Of a DNA stretch of 64,000 bases, positions 18,515 through 29,288 are shown in pieces. Numbering within the stretch: the stretch's first letter is position 1; each line of letters opens with the position of its first letter. The DNA comes from Candidatus Hydrogenedentota bacterium (lineage in GTDB: Bacteria > Hydrogenedentota > Hydrogenedentia > Hydrogenedentales > JAEUWI01), in NCBI GenBank assembly GCA_034669905.1, contig JAXMOL010000004.1:96001-160000 (forward strand), read 5' to 3'. Both the position numbers and the translations under genes were made by a program. The notes under the pieces were generated by a model, which was not told where the DNA came from, did not search any database, and was given only the letters and a program-made list of their open reading frames with translations.

Positions 18515-19825
18515 TTATTCCCAGGCTTCGAAGGCCCGATAAATCGCGTTTACCGCGCGCTCCAACGCCTCTTCTTCTACCCCGACAATGATGTTCATTT
18601 CTGATGAGCCCTGGTCAATAACACGGATATTGACATTGGCCTCCGATAGGGCGGTGAACAAGCGCGCCGCCACGCCGATATGGTGATTCATCCCCAGTCC
18701 CACCGTGGCGATCATCGCCAAGCCGGAAACCAGGCTGATACTATCAGGTTGACATCGTCCTTGGACGGTTTCGATCAGCGTGTCGCCCTGCGTACCCAAT
18801 TCTTCGTCTCTGAAAATGAGGGAGATGGTATCAATACCCGTGGGCATATGCTCCCAGCCAATTCCCAATTCATCCAGGGCGGTCAAGACCTTGCGGCCAA
18901 AGCCCCGTTCATGATTCATCAACGTCTTTTCTATGTTCAGCATGCTGAAACCCTTGCGGCCCGCAACGCCGCAAAGGGGGTGCTCACTCTTGCGGTGGGG
19001 CACAATCCGGGTGCCCGGGTTATTCCGCTCCCGGGTACTCCGGATCTGAATGGGAATGCCGGGCTCGCGGACGGGATAGATGGCCTCGTCGTGGAGCACC
19101 GTCGCGCCCATATAGGACAACTCCCGCAACTCCTGATAGGTTACCTCGGCGATGCCCTTGGGAGAATCCACAATACGGGGATCCGCCATGAGGAAGCCGG
19201 GGACATCGGTCCAGTTTTCATAGAGTACCGATTCGGTGGCGCGGGCGACTATCGCACCCGTAATGTCACTGCCACCCCGGGAAAACGTCTTGATACGGCC
19301 GTCTGGCATGGAGCCGTAAAAGCCGGGAATCACAAATCGGCCTTCGCCCTTTAACCGTTCCCCGAGCAATTCGTAGGTAACCGGATCAAAGGTGCCATTG
19401 GCCTTGAACTTGATATAGTCGGCCGGATCGACAAACTCGGCCCCGAGCAGCGCGGCGATCAATTGGCCATTCAGAAATTCTCCCCGGGAGGCCATGAAAT
19501 CAACCGCGTTGTCTTCACTCAACTGGGCTTCGATTTCTTCGATAAAGGGCACGACATCAAATTCGATGCCCAATTCCCGCGCCAATGCTTCAAATCGTTC
19601 CTGAATAATACCCTTCGGCTCCGACGCATCCAGTCCCTGAGAGGCGATACTGTGCCAGGCATACAGCAGGTCGGTTACCTTCCGATCCTTGTCAAAGCGT
19701 TTGCCCGGTGCCGACGGTACTACGAAAGCACGGGCGGGATCTTCTTCGACGATGGACTGCATGATTCGAATATTCGCAGCGTCGGCAAGCGAGGTGCCGC
19801 CGAATTTGCAGGTAATCTTCTGCAC
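18515..19825 (-). CDS. lysC: Aspartate kinase
   Basis: KFGGTS, VPSAPG, TFSRGGSD, WTDV, and C-terminal ACT domains (QGSSE). Confidence 0.92.
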   Translation of the reverse strand: MQKITCKFGGTSLADAANIRIMQSIVEEDPARAFVVPSAPGKRFDKDRKVTDLLYAWHSIASQGLDASEPKGIIQERFEALARELGIEFDVVPFIEEIEAQLSEDNAVDFMASRGEFLNGQLIAALLGAEFVDPADYIKFKANGTFDPVTYELLGERLKGEGRFVIPGFYGSMPDGRIKTFSRGGSDITGAIVARATESVLYENWTDVPGFLMADPRIVDSPKGIAEVTYQELRELSYMGATVLHDEAIYPVREPGIPIQIRSTRERNNPGTRIVPHRKSEHPLCGVAGRKGFSMLNIEKTLMNHERGFGRKVLTALDELGIGWEHMPTGIDTISLIFRDEELGTQGDTLIETVQGRCQPDSISLVSGLAMIATVGLGMNHHIGVAARLFTALSEANVNIRVIDQGSSEMNIIVGVEEEALERAVNAIYRAFEAWE

Positions 19826-20012
19826 GGTAAGGTATTCTCCAGAGCATTATCCGGCGGCTTCTTGGCCGCCTGGACAGGGTAGCCTGACAATCCGCCACTT
19901 CCCATTGAAGCAGAGGACTGTTTAGTACATGTTAAGTGCGACGATCCACCACGGAGCTGGTGCACAACGTGGCCCGTATTCTCAGAATCGGATTCTTCGG
20001 ATCGCTAGCGCG

Positions 20013-21710
20013 TCAAGGAATGAAGTTATCCAGCAGGCGGCCCACATCATTAAAGGTGACGAAGAGCATAAGGCCCACGATGAGGACAAGACCGGCCATT
20101 TGAAACTTCTCTAAGAAGGCAGGGTTGAGGGGCTTGCGACGAATGCCTTCAATACTGTTGATGACCAGCAGCCCACCGTCCAATACGGGAAGGGGGAGGA
20201 GATTGAATACCGCCAGATTGACACTGATGAGTGCGGTAATCCCTACCAGCCAGCCGAATCCGCGCTGCGCAAAGTGGGTGGTCATCTGATAAATCATGAC
20301 CGGGCCACCGAGATTATCCGGGCTGACGTTCTGCATGACGAGGGCTTGCAGGGTCTCGACGGTAGTCGTAAAGGCGTACCAACTCTGACGAAAAGCCTCG
20401 GGCACGATCTGGCTCGCCGGCACGCGATGCAGGATGAATTCTTCCCGCATCTCAATGCCAATCGTGCGTACCGGATCAACGGTAAGTTCAATGGTCTCCG
20501 TGCTGGCCTTCTGCGCCAGTCCAAACAAGAGTTGGGGACGTTCCACGGTAGCGGAGAAGGTCTTTCCGGGACTCGCCAGGACAAGATCCGCCGCCTCGCG
20601 GTAGGTTACTGGTTTTCCGTCTATGGCTGTAATTACATCTTTTCGCTGCAACCCGGTTTCTTCCCGGAACTCCGGCTTGACCTTGAGCACCACGGCGGGA
20701 CCGTTTTCCGCATCCTCACCCTTCCCATCGGCACCGAGCACAAAATTGCGGAACCGACCGGTCGTGTGGGGCGTGATGGTCAGGGGGATCAAGGTGTCGT
20801 CCCGCTTGACACTAAGGTCAACCGACTCCCCTTCGGGCATATCCTGTACAAGCGTCCCGAAGGACTCGATGCTTACCACATCCCCATTGGCCCGACGTAC
20901 AATGTCACCTTCTTGCAATCCGGCCGCTTTCGCGGGCGTATCGTCGAGGACATTGGCCACCCGCACCGACGCGAAGGGGTGCACACCGAAGCGTGGGAAT
21001 TCTTCTCCCTCCATCGTGACCGGCTTCAGCTTGCACACCAGAAGCTGGGGGGGAGCATCATCCGTTGCGCCGGGCCGCTCAATCTCAATGACATGGGCGG
21101 TCTCTTCACCTTTCAGCAACACCTTCGTGCTGAAGGTCTGGATGTCTTGCACGGGTTGCCCGTTCAGCGTATAGAGCAGGTCGCCGGGCTGGAAACCAAT
21201 CGTATCGGGCGTCTCCTCGAAATCGACCGATTCACCGGAGGCCGAAATCTTAAAGAGAGGGGCCGTGGCGGCCGGCGTATTTTCTTCCACGAAACCAATG
21301 CGGGCCGTAATTTCGGATTCGGCCACTTCTTTGCCCATACCGGCCAGCAGACCATAGAGGAGCACGGCCAGGATCAGGTTGGCCACCGGACCCGCCAGAA
21401 TCACGATGATCCGTTGCCACACCGGCTTATTGTTGAACCAGCGCTCCGGCGGGACGCCGCCATATTCTTTCGCCCGTTCTTCTTCGGTCAGCGGGGCATC
21501 TTCCTGGCCCGCCATCTTGACGAATCCACCGATGGGAAGGGCACCGATACAGTAATCGGTCTCCCCCCACTTGAAGCCCACAACCCGGGGCGGCATGCCG
21601 ATGCTGAATCGGTCCACATAAATTCCGCACGCTTTCGCTGCGAGGAAATGGCCCAGTTCGTGAAAGAAAACCAAAAAACTCAGCACCAGGAGAAAAATAA
21701 TAATGCTCAT
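20013..21710 (-). CDS. rseP: RIP metalloprotease RseP (M50 with PDZ domains)
   Basis: HELGH, GGFVKM, AGPVAN, PDZ repeats, NLLPLPVLDGG; downstream of dxr. Confidence 0.93.
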   Translation of the reverse strand: MSIIIFLLVLSFLVFFHELGHFLAAKACGIYVDRFSIGMPPRVVGFKWGETDYCIGALPIGGFVKMAGQEDAPLTEEERAKEYGGVPPERWFNNKPVWQRIIVILAGPVANLILAVLLYGLLAGMGKEVAESEITARIGFVEENTPAATAPLFKISASGESVDFEETPDTIGFQPGDLLYTLNGQPVQDIQTFSTKVLLKGEETAHVIEIERPGATDDAPPQLLVCKLKPVTMEGEEFPRFGVHPFASVRVANVLDDTPAKAAGLQEGDIVRRANGDVVSIESFGTLVQDMPEGESVDLSVKRDDTLIPLTITPHTTGRFRNFVLGADGKGEDAENGPAVVLKVKPEFREETGLQRKDVITAIDGKPVTYREAADLVLASPGKTFSATVERPQLLFGLAQKASTETIELTVDPVRTIGIEMREEFILHRVPASQIVPEAFRQSWYAFTTTVETLQALVMQNVSPDNLGGPVMIYQMTTHFAQRGFGWLVGITALISVNLAVFNLLPLPVLDGGLLVINSIEGIRRKPLNPAFLEKFQMAGLVLIVGLMLFVTFNDVGRLLDNFIP

Positions 21711-21803
21711 ATCGAGATGAAACGTCCTGTCTTCATGTTACGTTGTGTTCGTCCTGCCCAGACGACGCTATCGCCCCAAACGGGCTTTCGTTAAACCGGA
21801 ACT

Positions 21804-22964
21804 TCAGGGGCGGGCCCATTTCCTGATGGCTTCGCGCGCCGCCTGCCGCGCTATCGTGTCTGCCGCAAGCACGGCATCCAGATCGTAGTCCGACGTGCTC
21901 GTACACGTCGTACAAACGCTATCCACGACATCGCTTATCTGCAGGAAACCAAGTTGGCGATTGCAAAATGCCGAAACGGCCTCTTCGTTGGCCGCGTTCA
22001 AGATGGCGGGGGCTGTCCCACCGGCTTTTGCCGCATGTCGCGCCAGGGCGAGACATGGGAAGGCACTGAAATCAGGCGCATCAAAGGTCAACGCCTTCAT
22101 GGTGGTCAGATCCAGTCGCTTCATCGGTAATTCTACCCGTTCCGGGTAGGTAAGTGCGAACAGGATGGGGAACTTCATATCGGTAACGCCCATATGGGCC
22201 AGGATATTTCCGTCATTAAACTCGACAAGGCTGTGAATAATGCTCTGGGGATGAATCACCACATCGATCTGCTCGGACGTTAAGTCGAACAACCACATGG
22301 CTTCCACGATTTCCAACCCCTTATTCATGAGGGTCGCTGAATCCACGCTTATTTTCGCGCCCATATCCCAGGTTGGGTGCCTGGTCGCCTGTTCGGGGGC
22401 CACTTCCGCCAGGGAAGCGCGGTCTCGGCCATAGAACGGGCCACCGGACGCCGTGAGATGAATGCAGGCCAGATCGCTTTGCTCGTGTCCATGGATACAT
22501 TGAAAAATTGCATTGTGCTCGCTGTCCACCGGAAGAACCTCCACCTCCCGCTTCCGGGCATGCTCCATGACAAGCTTGCCCGCCATGACGAAAGGCTCCT
22601 TGTTGGCCACGGCCACACGGTTTCCCGCGGCGATGGCGGCCAACAGGGGGCGAAGTCCCACCGCCCCAACGACGGCACATAACACAGTATCAACAGGGAC
22701 CTCCGCCAGGGAAGTGAGGGGCGACTCGGTATCCAGCAGGGTGACCGGCAGATTCATGGCCCGCAGTGTTTCCTGCGCGTCCGGATCGGATACCGCTACG
22801 TAAGCCGGGCGGAAGGCCGCTATCTGTTCCCGCAGCAGTTCCACGTTTCGATGGGCCGCCAAGCCCACCACCTCGAAGCGCTCCGGGTAGTGGCGGACGA
22901 CGTCCAATGCGCTGCGGCCGATGGAACCGGTGGAACCCAGAATAGTAATTCGTTGTTTCTTCAC
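21804..22964 (-). CDS. dxr: 1-deoxy-D-xylulose-5-phosphate reductoisomerase
   Basis: LGSTGSIG, ANKE, LPVDSEH, TASGGPF, WDMGAKISVDSATLMNKGLE. Confidence 0.97.
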   Translation of the reverse strand: MKKQRITILGSTGSIGRSALDVVRHYPERFEVVGLAAHRNVELLREQIAAFRPAYVAVSDPDAQETLRAMNLPVTLLDTESPLTSLAEVPVDTVLCAVVGAVGLRPLLAAIAAGNRVAVANKEPFVMAGKLVMEHARKREVEVLPVDSEHNAIFQCIHGHEQSDLACIHLTASGGPFYGRDRASLAEVAPEQATRHPTWDMGAKISVDSATLMNKGLEIVEAMWLFDLTSEQIDVVIHPQSIIHSLVEFNDGNILAHMGVTDMKFPILFALTYPERVELPMKRLDLTTMKALTFDAPDFSAFPCLALARHAAKAGGTAPAILNAANEEAVSAFCNRQLGFLQISDVVDSVCTTCTSTSDYDLDAVLAADTIARQAAREAIRKWARP

Positions 22965-24760
22965 TAACCACGCTCCAGGGGGAGGGTTGCTTCGATTTTA
23001 CGGGCTGCCGCATGGGACAGGTAGGCCTCCGCTGAACGTCGCTTCTCATACCGCGCACGGATTTCGGCTTTGATTTCCGCCGCCGTCGGCAGACGGAGCA
23101 GGTGGGTAGCCAGTTCCTGGGCCTCTCCGAAATCAATTTCGCCGATTTCGGCACGGACCAGCGGCAGTGAAACAGCGGACATACTCAGGGAAGTGACCCC
23201 GAGCCCAATCAGCGCTTCGGTATAGAGCGGGTCACCGGCCATTTCACCACAAAGGCTACACGGGATCCCCGAGGCCCACGCCGCGTTGCAGGTCCACTTA
23301 ATCATGCGCAAGACTGCCGGATGGGCCGGTTCATAGAGGTGGGCGATTTTCTCATTTACCCGGTCCACCGCGAGGGAGTATTGGATCAAATCATTGGTGC
23401 CGATGCTGAAGAAATCAACTTCCTGAGAGAGCAGATCCGTAAGGGCAACAGCGGAAGGAACTTCAATCATGGAACCGACTTTAATCTTCCGATCAAAGGG
23501 GATGCCTTCCCGGTCGAGCTCTTCTTTCACCTCCTCCAAAACGGCCTTGACCTGACGCAATTCTTCCACGCCGCTGATCATGGGGAACATGATCTGGATG
23601 TTGCCCAATGTCGACGCCCGCAACATGGCCCGCAGTTGGGGCTTGAAAATATCCTTCCGCTCCAGACAAAAGCGTACGGCCCGCCAGCCAAGCTGTGGGT
23701 TTTCCTCTTTGGATATCTGAAGATGGGACACGAACTTGTCCCCGCCGATATCCATCGTCCGCAGCGTGACAGGGAGGGGATTCATCGTCTCCGCTGCCTG
23801 AAAATAGGCCTGGTATTGTTCTTCTTCCGTCGGCAGGGTATTCCGATTGAGGAAAAGATACTCTGTCCGGAAAAGTCCGACCCCGTCGGCCGACTCGCGC
23901 AATTCCGGCACCAACTCGAAGGGGAGCTCTACGTTGGCCTGCGTCGGAATCACCACCCCGTCGCGGGTTGTCGTTTCCCCCTCCACACGAATGCACCGAA
24001 GCGCGCTACGCAGGGCGTCCAGGGTTTCCTGCTGTTGCCGATAGGCGTTCAAAGTCTCTTCGGTGGGATTTACGATGAGCAACCCTTCGTTGCCATCCAC
24101 TATCACCGAATCCCCGTTCTGGACAAGGGCCGATGCGGTATGAAGTCCCATGACGGCCGGGATTTCCAGCGCGCGCGCGAGAATTGACGTATGGGAGGTA
24201 GGACTGCCGGAATCGAGTGCGATGCCCAGCACGTTGCTTCGATCCATAGTAACCGTGTCGGAAGGCGAGATATCCTGGGCGAAGAGTATCCCCGATGTCG
24301 TCATCTCAAAGGGCTGAATCGGCTCCGCATCCAGCAGGTTTCGCTGCAGGCGCTCCATCACGTCCAGCAAGTCAGCGGTGCGCGCCTGAAAATGGGCGTC
24401 TTGCACCGCACTCAGCAGGTCGGCATAGTACTGGCTCAACTCATTCAGGATGTGCTCGGCATTCAGTTCTTCTTCGGCAATCCGCTCCTTAACCTGTTCC
24501 AGGATGGTGACGTCTTCCAGGATTAACAGGTGGGCCTTGAAGATCTCCGCGTGTCCGTCGCCCAATTTCTCTGCGGTCTTGGCGTGGATCGTGCTCAAAT
24601 GGGCACGGGTCTTTTCCAGCGCCCGCTCGAAGCGACGCAATTCCTTACCCACATCTTCAACGGTGTATCGGGGGATTTCGAAGCGATCATCGCGAAAGGC
24701 AACCGCAGGACCGATGGCTATACCGGGAGACACGCCTATGCCACGTAGGGTGGACTCCAC
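22964..24760 (-). CDS. ptsI: PEP-protein phosphotransferase (PTS enzyme I)
   Basis: TSHTSILAR phospho-His motif, GVGLFRTE, RTMDIGGDK, SIGTNDLIQY, CGEMAG. Confidence 0.96.
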   Translation of the reverse strand: MESTLRGIGVSPGIAIGPAVAFRDDRFEIPRYTVEDVGKELRRFERALEKTRAHLSTIHAKTAEKLGDGHAEIFKAHLLILEDVTILEQVKERIAEEELNAEHILNELSQYYADLLSAVQDAHFQARTADLLDVMERLQRNLLDAEPIQPFEMTTSGILFAQDISPSDTVTMDRSNVLGIALDSGSPTSHTSILARALEIPAVMGLHTASALVQNGDSVIVDGNEGLLIVNPTEETLNAYRQQQETLDALRSALRCIRVEGETTTRDGVVIPTQANVELPFELVPELRESADGVGLFRTEYLFLNRNTLPTEEEQYQAYFQAAETMNPLPVTLRTMDIGGDKFVSHLQISKEENPQLGWRAVRFCLERKDIFKPQLRAMLRASTLGNIQIMFPMISGVEELRQVKAVLEEVKEELDREGIPFDRKIKVGSMIEVPSAVALTDLLSQEVDFFSIGTNDLIQYSLAVDRVNEKIAHLYEPAHPAVLRMIKWTCNAAWASGIPCSLCGEMAGDPLYTEALIGLGVTSLSMSAVSLPLVRAEIGEIDFGEAQELATHLLRLPTAAEIKAEIRARYEKRRSAEAYLSHAAARKIEATLPLERG

Positions 24761-25033
24761 TCAGGATTCTCCGAAGCCAGCCGCAAAGAGGTCCTTTATG
24801 GCCTTCATTGCCGCGTCTGCATCACTGCCCTTGCATGAAACCGTGATACGACTTCCCTGGGTTGCGGCCAGGGTCAACAACCCCATGATGCTCTTGGCAT
24901 TCACACGGCTGCCGTTGAAGAGGAGGAAAACGTCGCATTCGAAATTCAACACGCACTGCACCAACGCGGCCGCGGGACGGGCGTGGATGCCCAGTTTGTT
25001 CACCACCAATACTTCTTCCGATAATTCCTGCAT
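24761..25033 (-). CDS. ptsH: Phosphocarrier protein HPr
   Basis: GIHARPA (His15) and NAKSIMGL (Ser46). Confidence 0.95.
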   Translation of the reverse strand: MQELSEEVLVVNKLGIHARPAAALVQCVLNFECDVFLLFNGSRVNAKSIMGLLTLAATQGSRITVSCKGSDADAAMKAIKDLFAAGFGES

Positions 25034-25061
25034 AATGGCTCTCTATCTATTGCTGTTTCTA

Positions 25062-27203
25062 TTAATCCTGTGCCGCTGAAAGACGCTGCACATACCATGT
25101 AAAACGAAACGTTTGCGACCCGCCCGGGAGGAGCTGAATGGGCCACGCTGGCAGTACCACACTGCCCTGATGGACCCGCTCCTGCCCGCATTCGGACTGG
25201 CTGATCGTTTCCAGGGGGAAGAGATGAAAATCGATGGCCTCTCCCGTATGAAAGCCGGTTTCCAGTTTTTGCCACCCATCCCGCAGGGACAGATGCTTCA
25301 AGGCACACTCGGTCTGACGTGCTCCCAGGAGCAACCCCATCAAATCCCGATCCTCCGAATGATAGTAGCGATCCTCGGCGTCTCCCGTAAGAAAATTCAC
25401 CACGATCTCCGGACAAAACACGCCACGAAGCGACTCCGTGCTCTCGTTCCCTATATCATACGCGATTTCGAACGAAGATTCATCGCTGTGGAGGCATAAG
25501 GCCTTGCGAATCCGCAAGAAGCCGTCCGGCACGTGCAATAAGGGTGCCCGCGTTTCCAGACTGAGGGATGGGGCACCGGGAACGACTTCGTAGACCGCCT
25601 GGGTGCAATCCGCCAATTCCTCGGCCTGATTGCGGTAGATCGCCTCTACCGTGGTTTCCTCGGGAAAGAAGTGGTCCCGCAAGCTGGCCCTTCGACAGAG
25701 GTCCGTATAGAGCAGAGCGGCCAGACCGCGCTCTTTGGGCTGAAAGGGTTCATGGATACTGTGGGCACCGTGCTCCGGATTGGCTTCCTGCTCTTCCGTG
25801 GCCAGATTGTCGTGGTAAGGCTCTTCACGGCGCGCCAGGGTGTTCAGCAGGTTAAAAGCCAGGGGCTTATAATCCAGTTCAAACAGGGTACCCCCATCGT
25901 GGGGGGCAAGGAACAGGCCCAGCAGGCCGTTCTCCAGTATCTGTTCTGCCTGTCCATCGCCGTCGAAGTCGACCGATTCCAAGGTGATCGATTGCGGCCG
26001 GGGTTCCAAGAGGTCCAAGGCGTTCTCTGCCCGAATTAGCTCCTGGTAAATCGCGGTACGCAGGTGGTTGAGGTATAACCCGCCAAACTGACCATGCCAA
26101 TACGCGCAATTGCACTGCCCGCGGTGCAGATGGGTTTCGGCCTCCTGGAAGGCCTCCGTATCCGCCAAATGCCGCAAGCGGTCCAGTCGCTTACTGACGC
26201 GCAGCATGCGTTTCTGCATGGTATTGGCTTCGGGATACTTCGCCAGGAAATTGCGCCAGAAGCCCCCCTGCATAAAGGGTGCACACTGGGCATTCAGGTC
26301 GGGATACTCGGCCAGGGCCGCACGAGCCGCACGCAATTCCCGTTGGCGGGGCGTGGGGAGGGCCCACGCCATCATCTCCTGATAGGAAGCGCAGGTAACG
26401 TAGGTGCGACCTACCGGCGGATGGGCATCCAGGTGGGTGCGATAGGTGACCGCGTGGAGCCATTCTTTGTTGTCGGTCAGGGCCTGAAAGAATTCCTCCA
26501 GCCAGCCTTCCTCGTAGACGCTCTCGTAGGTGAAGGGCCAGGAGCCGAACTTCTCGCTGTCGTCATGCACGACCACACAGCGGTCACCGGCTTCGGTAGC
26601 AAGGTCCTTGAGGTAGTCGATCGTTTCGCTCACCTGATGAAAGGGAATGAGGTAACGGAGCTTCTCCTGGATGGGAAATATCTTGACCGCTTCGCCTTCT
26701 TCCTCGGTCATGTAATAGCCGTAGAGGTCTTCGGGACGGAGGCCGGAGCAGAGAAAATGGGCATCGTCCAGGGCGGCATACTCAACACCGGCCTGGGCCA
26801 GAATGCGGGCCATATGGGGTTCCCAGACCCGCTCGGTAAGCCACATACCCCGGGGACGCACCCCCAGGTGGGTCTCACAGAACTGCTGCATGCGCACGAT
26901 CTGAGCCCGGGCATCCCGCTCCGGAATGGCACACAAGAGAGGCTCATAGTAACCGCCCCCCATGATTTCAATCTGGCCCGCCTGGGCCATACGTGCGATG
27001 CGCTCCACAAACTCAGGACGGTGGGCAAGAAACCAGTCCCACAGGGGGCCCGTATAGTGCAGGGTCACCTGTACGGCAGGGAAGCGTTCCAACACATCCA
27101 GAAAGGGTTTGTAGGAACGCTCATAGGCTTCTTCAAAAACGAAATCGAAGTTGCCTACGGGCTGGTGTCCGTGACACCCCATAATGAGGTTTATATGCTT
27201 CAT
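25062..27203 (-). CDS. GH57 alpha-amylase/4-alpha-glucanotransferase
   Basis: HGHQPVGNF, GMWLTERVWEP (nucleophile), DDSEKFG (acid/base), QCNCAYWHG; start moved to MKHINL. Confidence 0.9.
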   Translation of the reverse strand: MKHINLIMGCHGHQPVGNFDFVFEEAYERSYKPFLDVLERFPAVQVTLHYTGPLWDWFLAHRPEFVERIARMAQAGQIEIMGGGYYEPLLCAIPERDARAQIVRMQQFCETHLGVRPRGMWLTERVWEPHMARILAQAGVEYAALDDAHFLCSGLRPEDLYGYYMTEEEGEAVKIFPIQEKLRYLIPFHQVSETIDYLKDLATEAGDRCVVVHDDSEKFGSWPFTYESVYEEGWLEEFFQALTDNKEWLHAVTYRTHLDAHPPVGRTYVTCASYQEMMAWALPTPRQRELRAARAALAEYPDLNAQCAPFMQGGFWRNFLAKYPEANTMQKRMLRVSKRLDRLRHLADTEAFQEAETHLHRGQCNCAYWHGQFGGLYLNHLRTAIYQELIRAENALDLLEPRPQSITLESVDFDGDGQAEQILENGLLGLFLAPHDGGTLFELDYKPLAFNLLNTLARREEPYHDNLATEEQEANPEHGAHSIHEPFQPKERGLAALLYTDLCRRASLRDHFFPEETTVEAIYRNQAEELADCTQAVYEVVPGAPSLSLETRAPLLHVPDGFLRIRKALCLHSDESSFEIAYDIGNESTESLRGVFCPEIVVNFLTGDAEDRYYHSEDRDLMGLLLGARQTECALKHLSLRDGWQKLETGFHTGEAIDFHLFPLETISQSECGQERVHQGSVVLPAWPIQLLPGGSQTFRFTWYVQRLSAAQD

Positions 27204-27293
27204 AGAACTTGGACAACCTCTCTGGTGCGCTGACCATGCGTGCTTTTGCCCATCATGAATTGCCCGATGATGTGCCCCCAACACGACGCTCCG

Positions 27294-28262
27294 CTAGTTG
27301 CTTCGCTGATTGATGATGCCGAGAATCCGGTTGTTGAACTCCTCGGCGGGATTCGTGCCGAGTTCCTTGAGGCGATGGTTCAGCGCGGCCACCTCAATAA
27401 TAATGGCAATGTTTCGTCCGGGACGAACGGGAATGCGCAAGTGGGGGATGCGTACACCCAGAATGTCGAGGTGTTCTTCTTCGAGGCCGGTGCGGTCATA
27501 GACCTTCTTCTGGTCCCATTCTTCGAGCTCGACCACCAGGCCGATACGCTTGGTGTTGCGCACGCAGCCCACGCCAAACACGGCTTTTACGTCGATGATA
27601 CCCACACCCCGAATTTCCATGTGGTGCTCGATAACGGGATTGGTGGCCGCGTAGAGATTGTCTTCCCGAAGTTTCTTGAGAGCGACCACGTCATCGGCGA
27701 TAAGCCGGTGACCACGCTCGATAAGTTCCAGCGCGGTTTCGCTCTTACCGACGCCAGGTGTACCGACGATCAGACAACCCACGCCGTAGCAGTCTACCGC
27801 CGTGCCGTGGATCACGGTCTCGGGCGAAAACTCCTCGGCCAGAAAGAGGATAATCCGGCTGATCACCTCATCCGTGGAGCGGGAGGTACGTAAGACCGGC
27901 ACACCACGGTGATTGCACAGATCCAGGAAGACATTTTGAGGAGAGAGATTCCGGGAAAGCACGAAGATTGGAATCTCAAAGGAAAACATGGCCGTGAGCC
28001 GCCGTTCCAGCAGGGCCGGGGGCAATTTTTCCATGTAGTGAATTTCGGTATTGCCCAGGAGCTGCACGCGATCGTTTGCAAAATACTCCAGGTAGCCGCT
28101 CAGGGCCAGCCCCGGACGATTAATATCCGACGTAAATACCGGGCGGCCAATACCTTGAAAACCGGCGATGACCTCGATATCCAGATCATCGGTCATACGA
28201 TCCAAGAGCCGGGCCACGGGGATACTGCGCTTCCGGTTTACAGGGAGGTCCTGGGTGTCCAT
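27294..28262 (-). CDS. hprK: HPr kinase/phosphorylase
   Basis: RPGLALSG, GTPGVGKSETALELIERGHRLIADD, EIRGVGII, PVRPGRN; start is approximate. Confidence 0.95.
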   Translation of the reverse strand: MDTQDLPVNRKRSIPVARLLDRMTDDLDIEVIAGFQGIGRPVFTSDINRPGLALSGYLEYFANDRVQLLGNTEIHYMEKLPPALLERRLTAMFSFEIPIFVLSRNLSPQNVFLDLCNHRGVPVLRTSRSTDEVISRIILFLAEEFSPETVIHGTAVDCYGVGCLIVGTPGVGKSETALELIERGHRLIADDVVALKKLREDNLYAATNPVIEHHMEIRGVGIIDVKAVFGVGCVRNTKRIGLVVELEEWDQKKVYDRTGLEEEHLDILGVRIPHLRIPVRPGRNIAIIIEVAALNHRLKELGTNPAEEFNNRILGIINQRSN

Positions 28263-28351
28263 GAATACCCTCGTGGGATGAGCGTGCGGCCGGGGGGGGA
28301 GAGCAGAACGGCGGACCAACACCATGGCGTGGTCCGCCGTATAATCAATGA

Positions 28352-28942
28352 CTAGAATTTGGGTTCGATGAGCCCGAAGGTACCGTCTTCACGCGCATAG
28401 AGCACATTGACTTCCGAAGTCTCCGCGTTAGAGAACACCAGGAAGGGCTGATCTTCGACCAGTTCCAACTGCATGGTGGCTTCCTCGACGCTCATCGGTT
28501 TCATCGAAAGCTTTTCGCGGTGTACCACCCGGTGGGCCACGGCCACGGCCGTATCGGAGTTCTCGACCGATTCAAGCGCTTCTTCCACCGCGGCAGCACT
28601 ATCCATCGAGATAATCGCATGGTGATAGTCCCGTGCTTCCCGTGCCGTGCGGGGCTGGTGGCGGTTGATCCGGTCCTTATACTTCCGAATTTGTTTCTCG
28701 ATCTTGGCCAGCGCGGCGTCGACAGACGCGTACATGTCCGCTGAAGCCTCTTTGCTGTGGATGCGTACCCCGTTGGTGTGCAGGTTTACTTCCGCAATGT
28801 GACGGTGCTTCTCCACATCCAGGACCACGTCGGCCTCGAAGGCGTTGTCGAAGTGGGATTCTACTTTCTCCAGCCCTGTCTGGATATATGCTTTGAGGGC
28901 GTCGGTCATTTCCATGTGTCGACCGGTTACCGTAATGTTCAT
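28352..28942 (-). CDS. hpf: Long ribosome hibernation promoting factor (RaiA/HPF)
   Basis: MNITVTGRHMEMTDALK, DMYASVD, and C-terminal KPMSVEEA...NVLY.REDG.FGLIEP. Confidence 0.95.
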   Translation of the reverse strand: MNITVTGRHMEMTDALKAYIQTGLEKVESHFDNAFEADVVLDVEKHRHIAEVNLHTNGVRIHSKEASADMYASVDAALAKIEKQIRKYKDRINRHQPRTAREARDYHHAIISMDSAAAVEEALESVENSDTAVAVAHRVVHREKLSMKPMSVEEATMQLELVEDQPFLVFSNAETSEVNVLYAREDGTFGLIEPKF

Positions 28943-28983
28943 AGTCAGGTGACCTCCATTGCTCTAAGACTAATGATAATGCG

Positions 28984-29013
28984 ATCATAGCACCCACTAC
29001 GAAAGGGTGTCAA
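28984..29013 (-). promoter_or_regulatory. Sigma70-type promoter of hpf
   Basis: TTGACA-N18-TATGAT with an extended TG. Confidence 0.6.
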
Positions 29014-29200
29014 AAGTATTCCTTTGACGGACAAAAACGGAAAACCAATGCCGAAAACACCCCTAAACCGCGCCTTTTAGCGTTTCTTGCGTTTTCGAAA
29101 CGAGAAGGATTGCCGCTGATTTTTGCCCAGAATGATGGGGCCACGCCGAGGGCCAGGGAGGTGAGGCGCTTTTTCACAGGGCTGGTGAATATGAAAATTC

Positions 29201-29229
29201 TTGTAATTTAGTCAACAATTAACTATACT
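29201..29229 (+). promoter_or_regulatory. Sigma70-type promoter of the 29289 gene
   Basis: TTGTAA-N17-TATACT in an AT-rich patch. Confidence 0.5.
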
Positions 29230-29288
29230 ACCCCTTGTGGCTAGAGAGCGACGGCTACACACGTCCAACGTGTACGTGGAGGCTTGGT

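Noticed and set aside
19826..20012. Lysine riboswitch upstream of lysC
   Set aside because: Length is suitable, but the AGAGG/AGTA/GAAAGG/GCCGAA landmarks are absent; only a small hairpin (GGCGGC/GCCGCC) is present.
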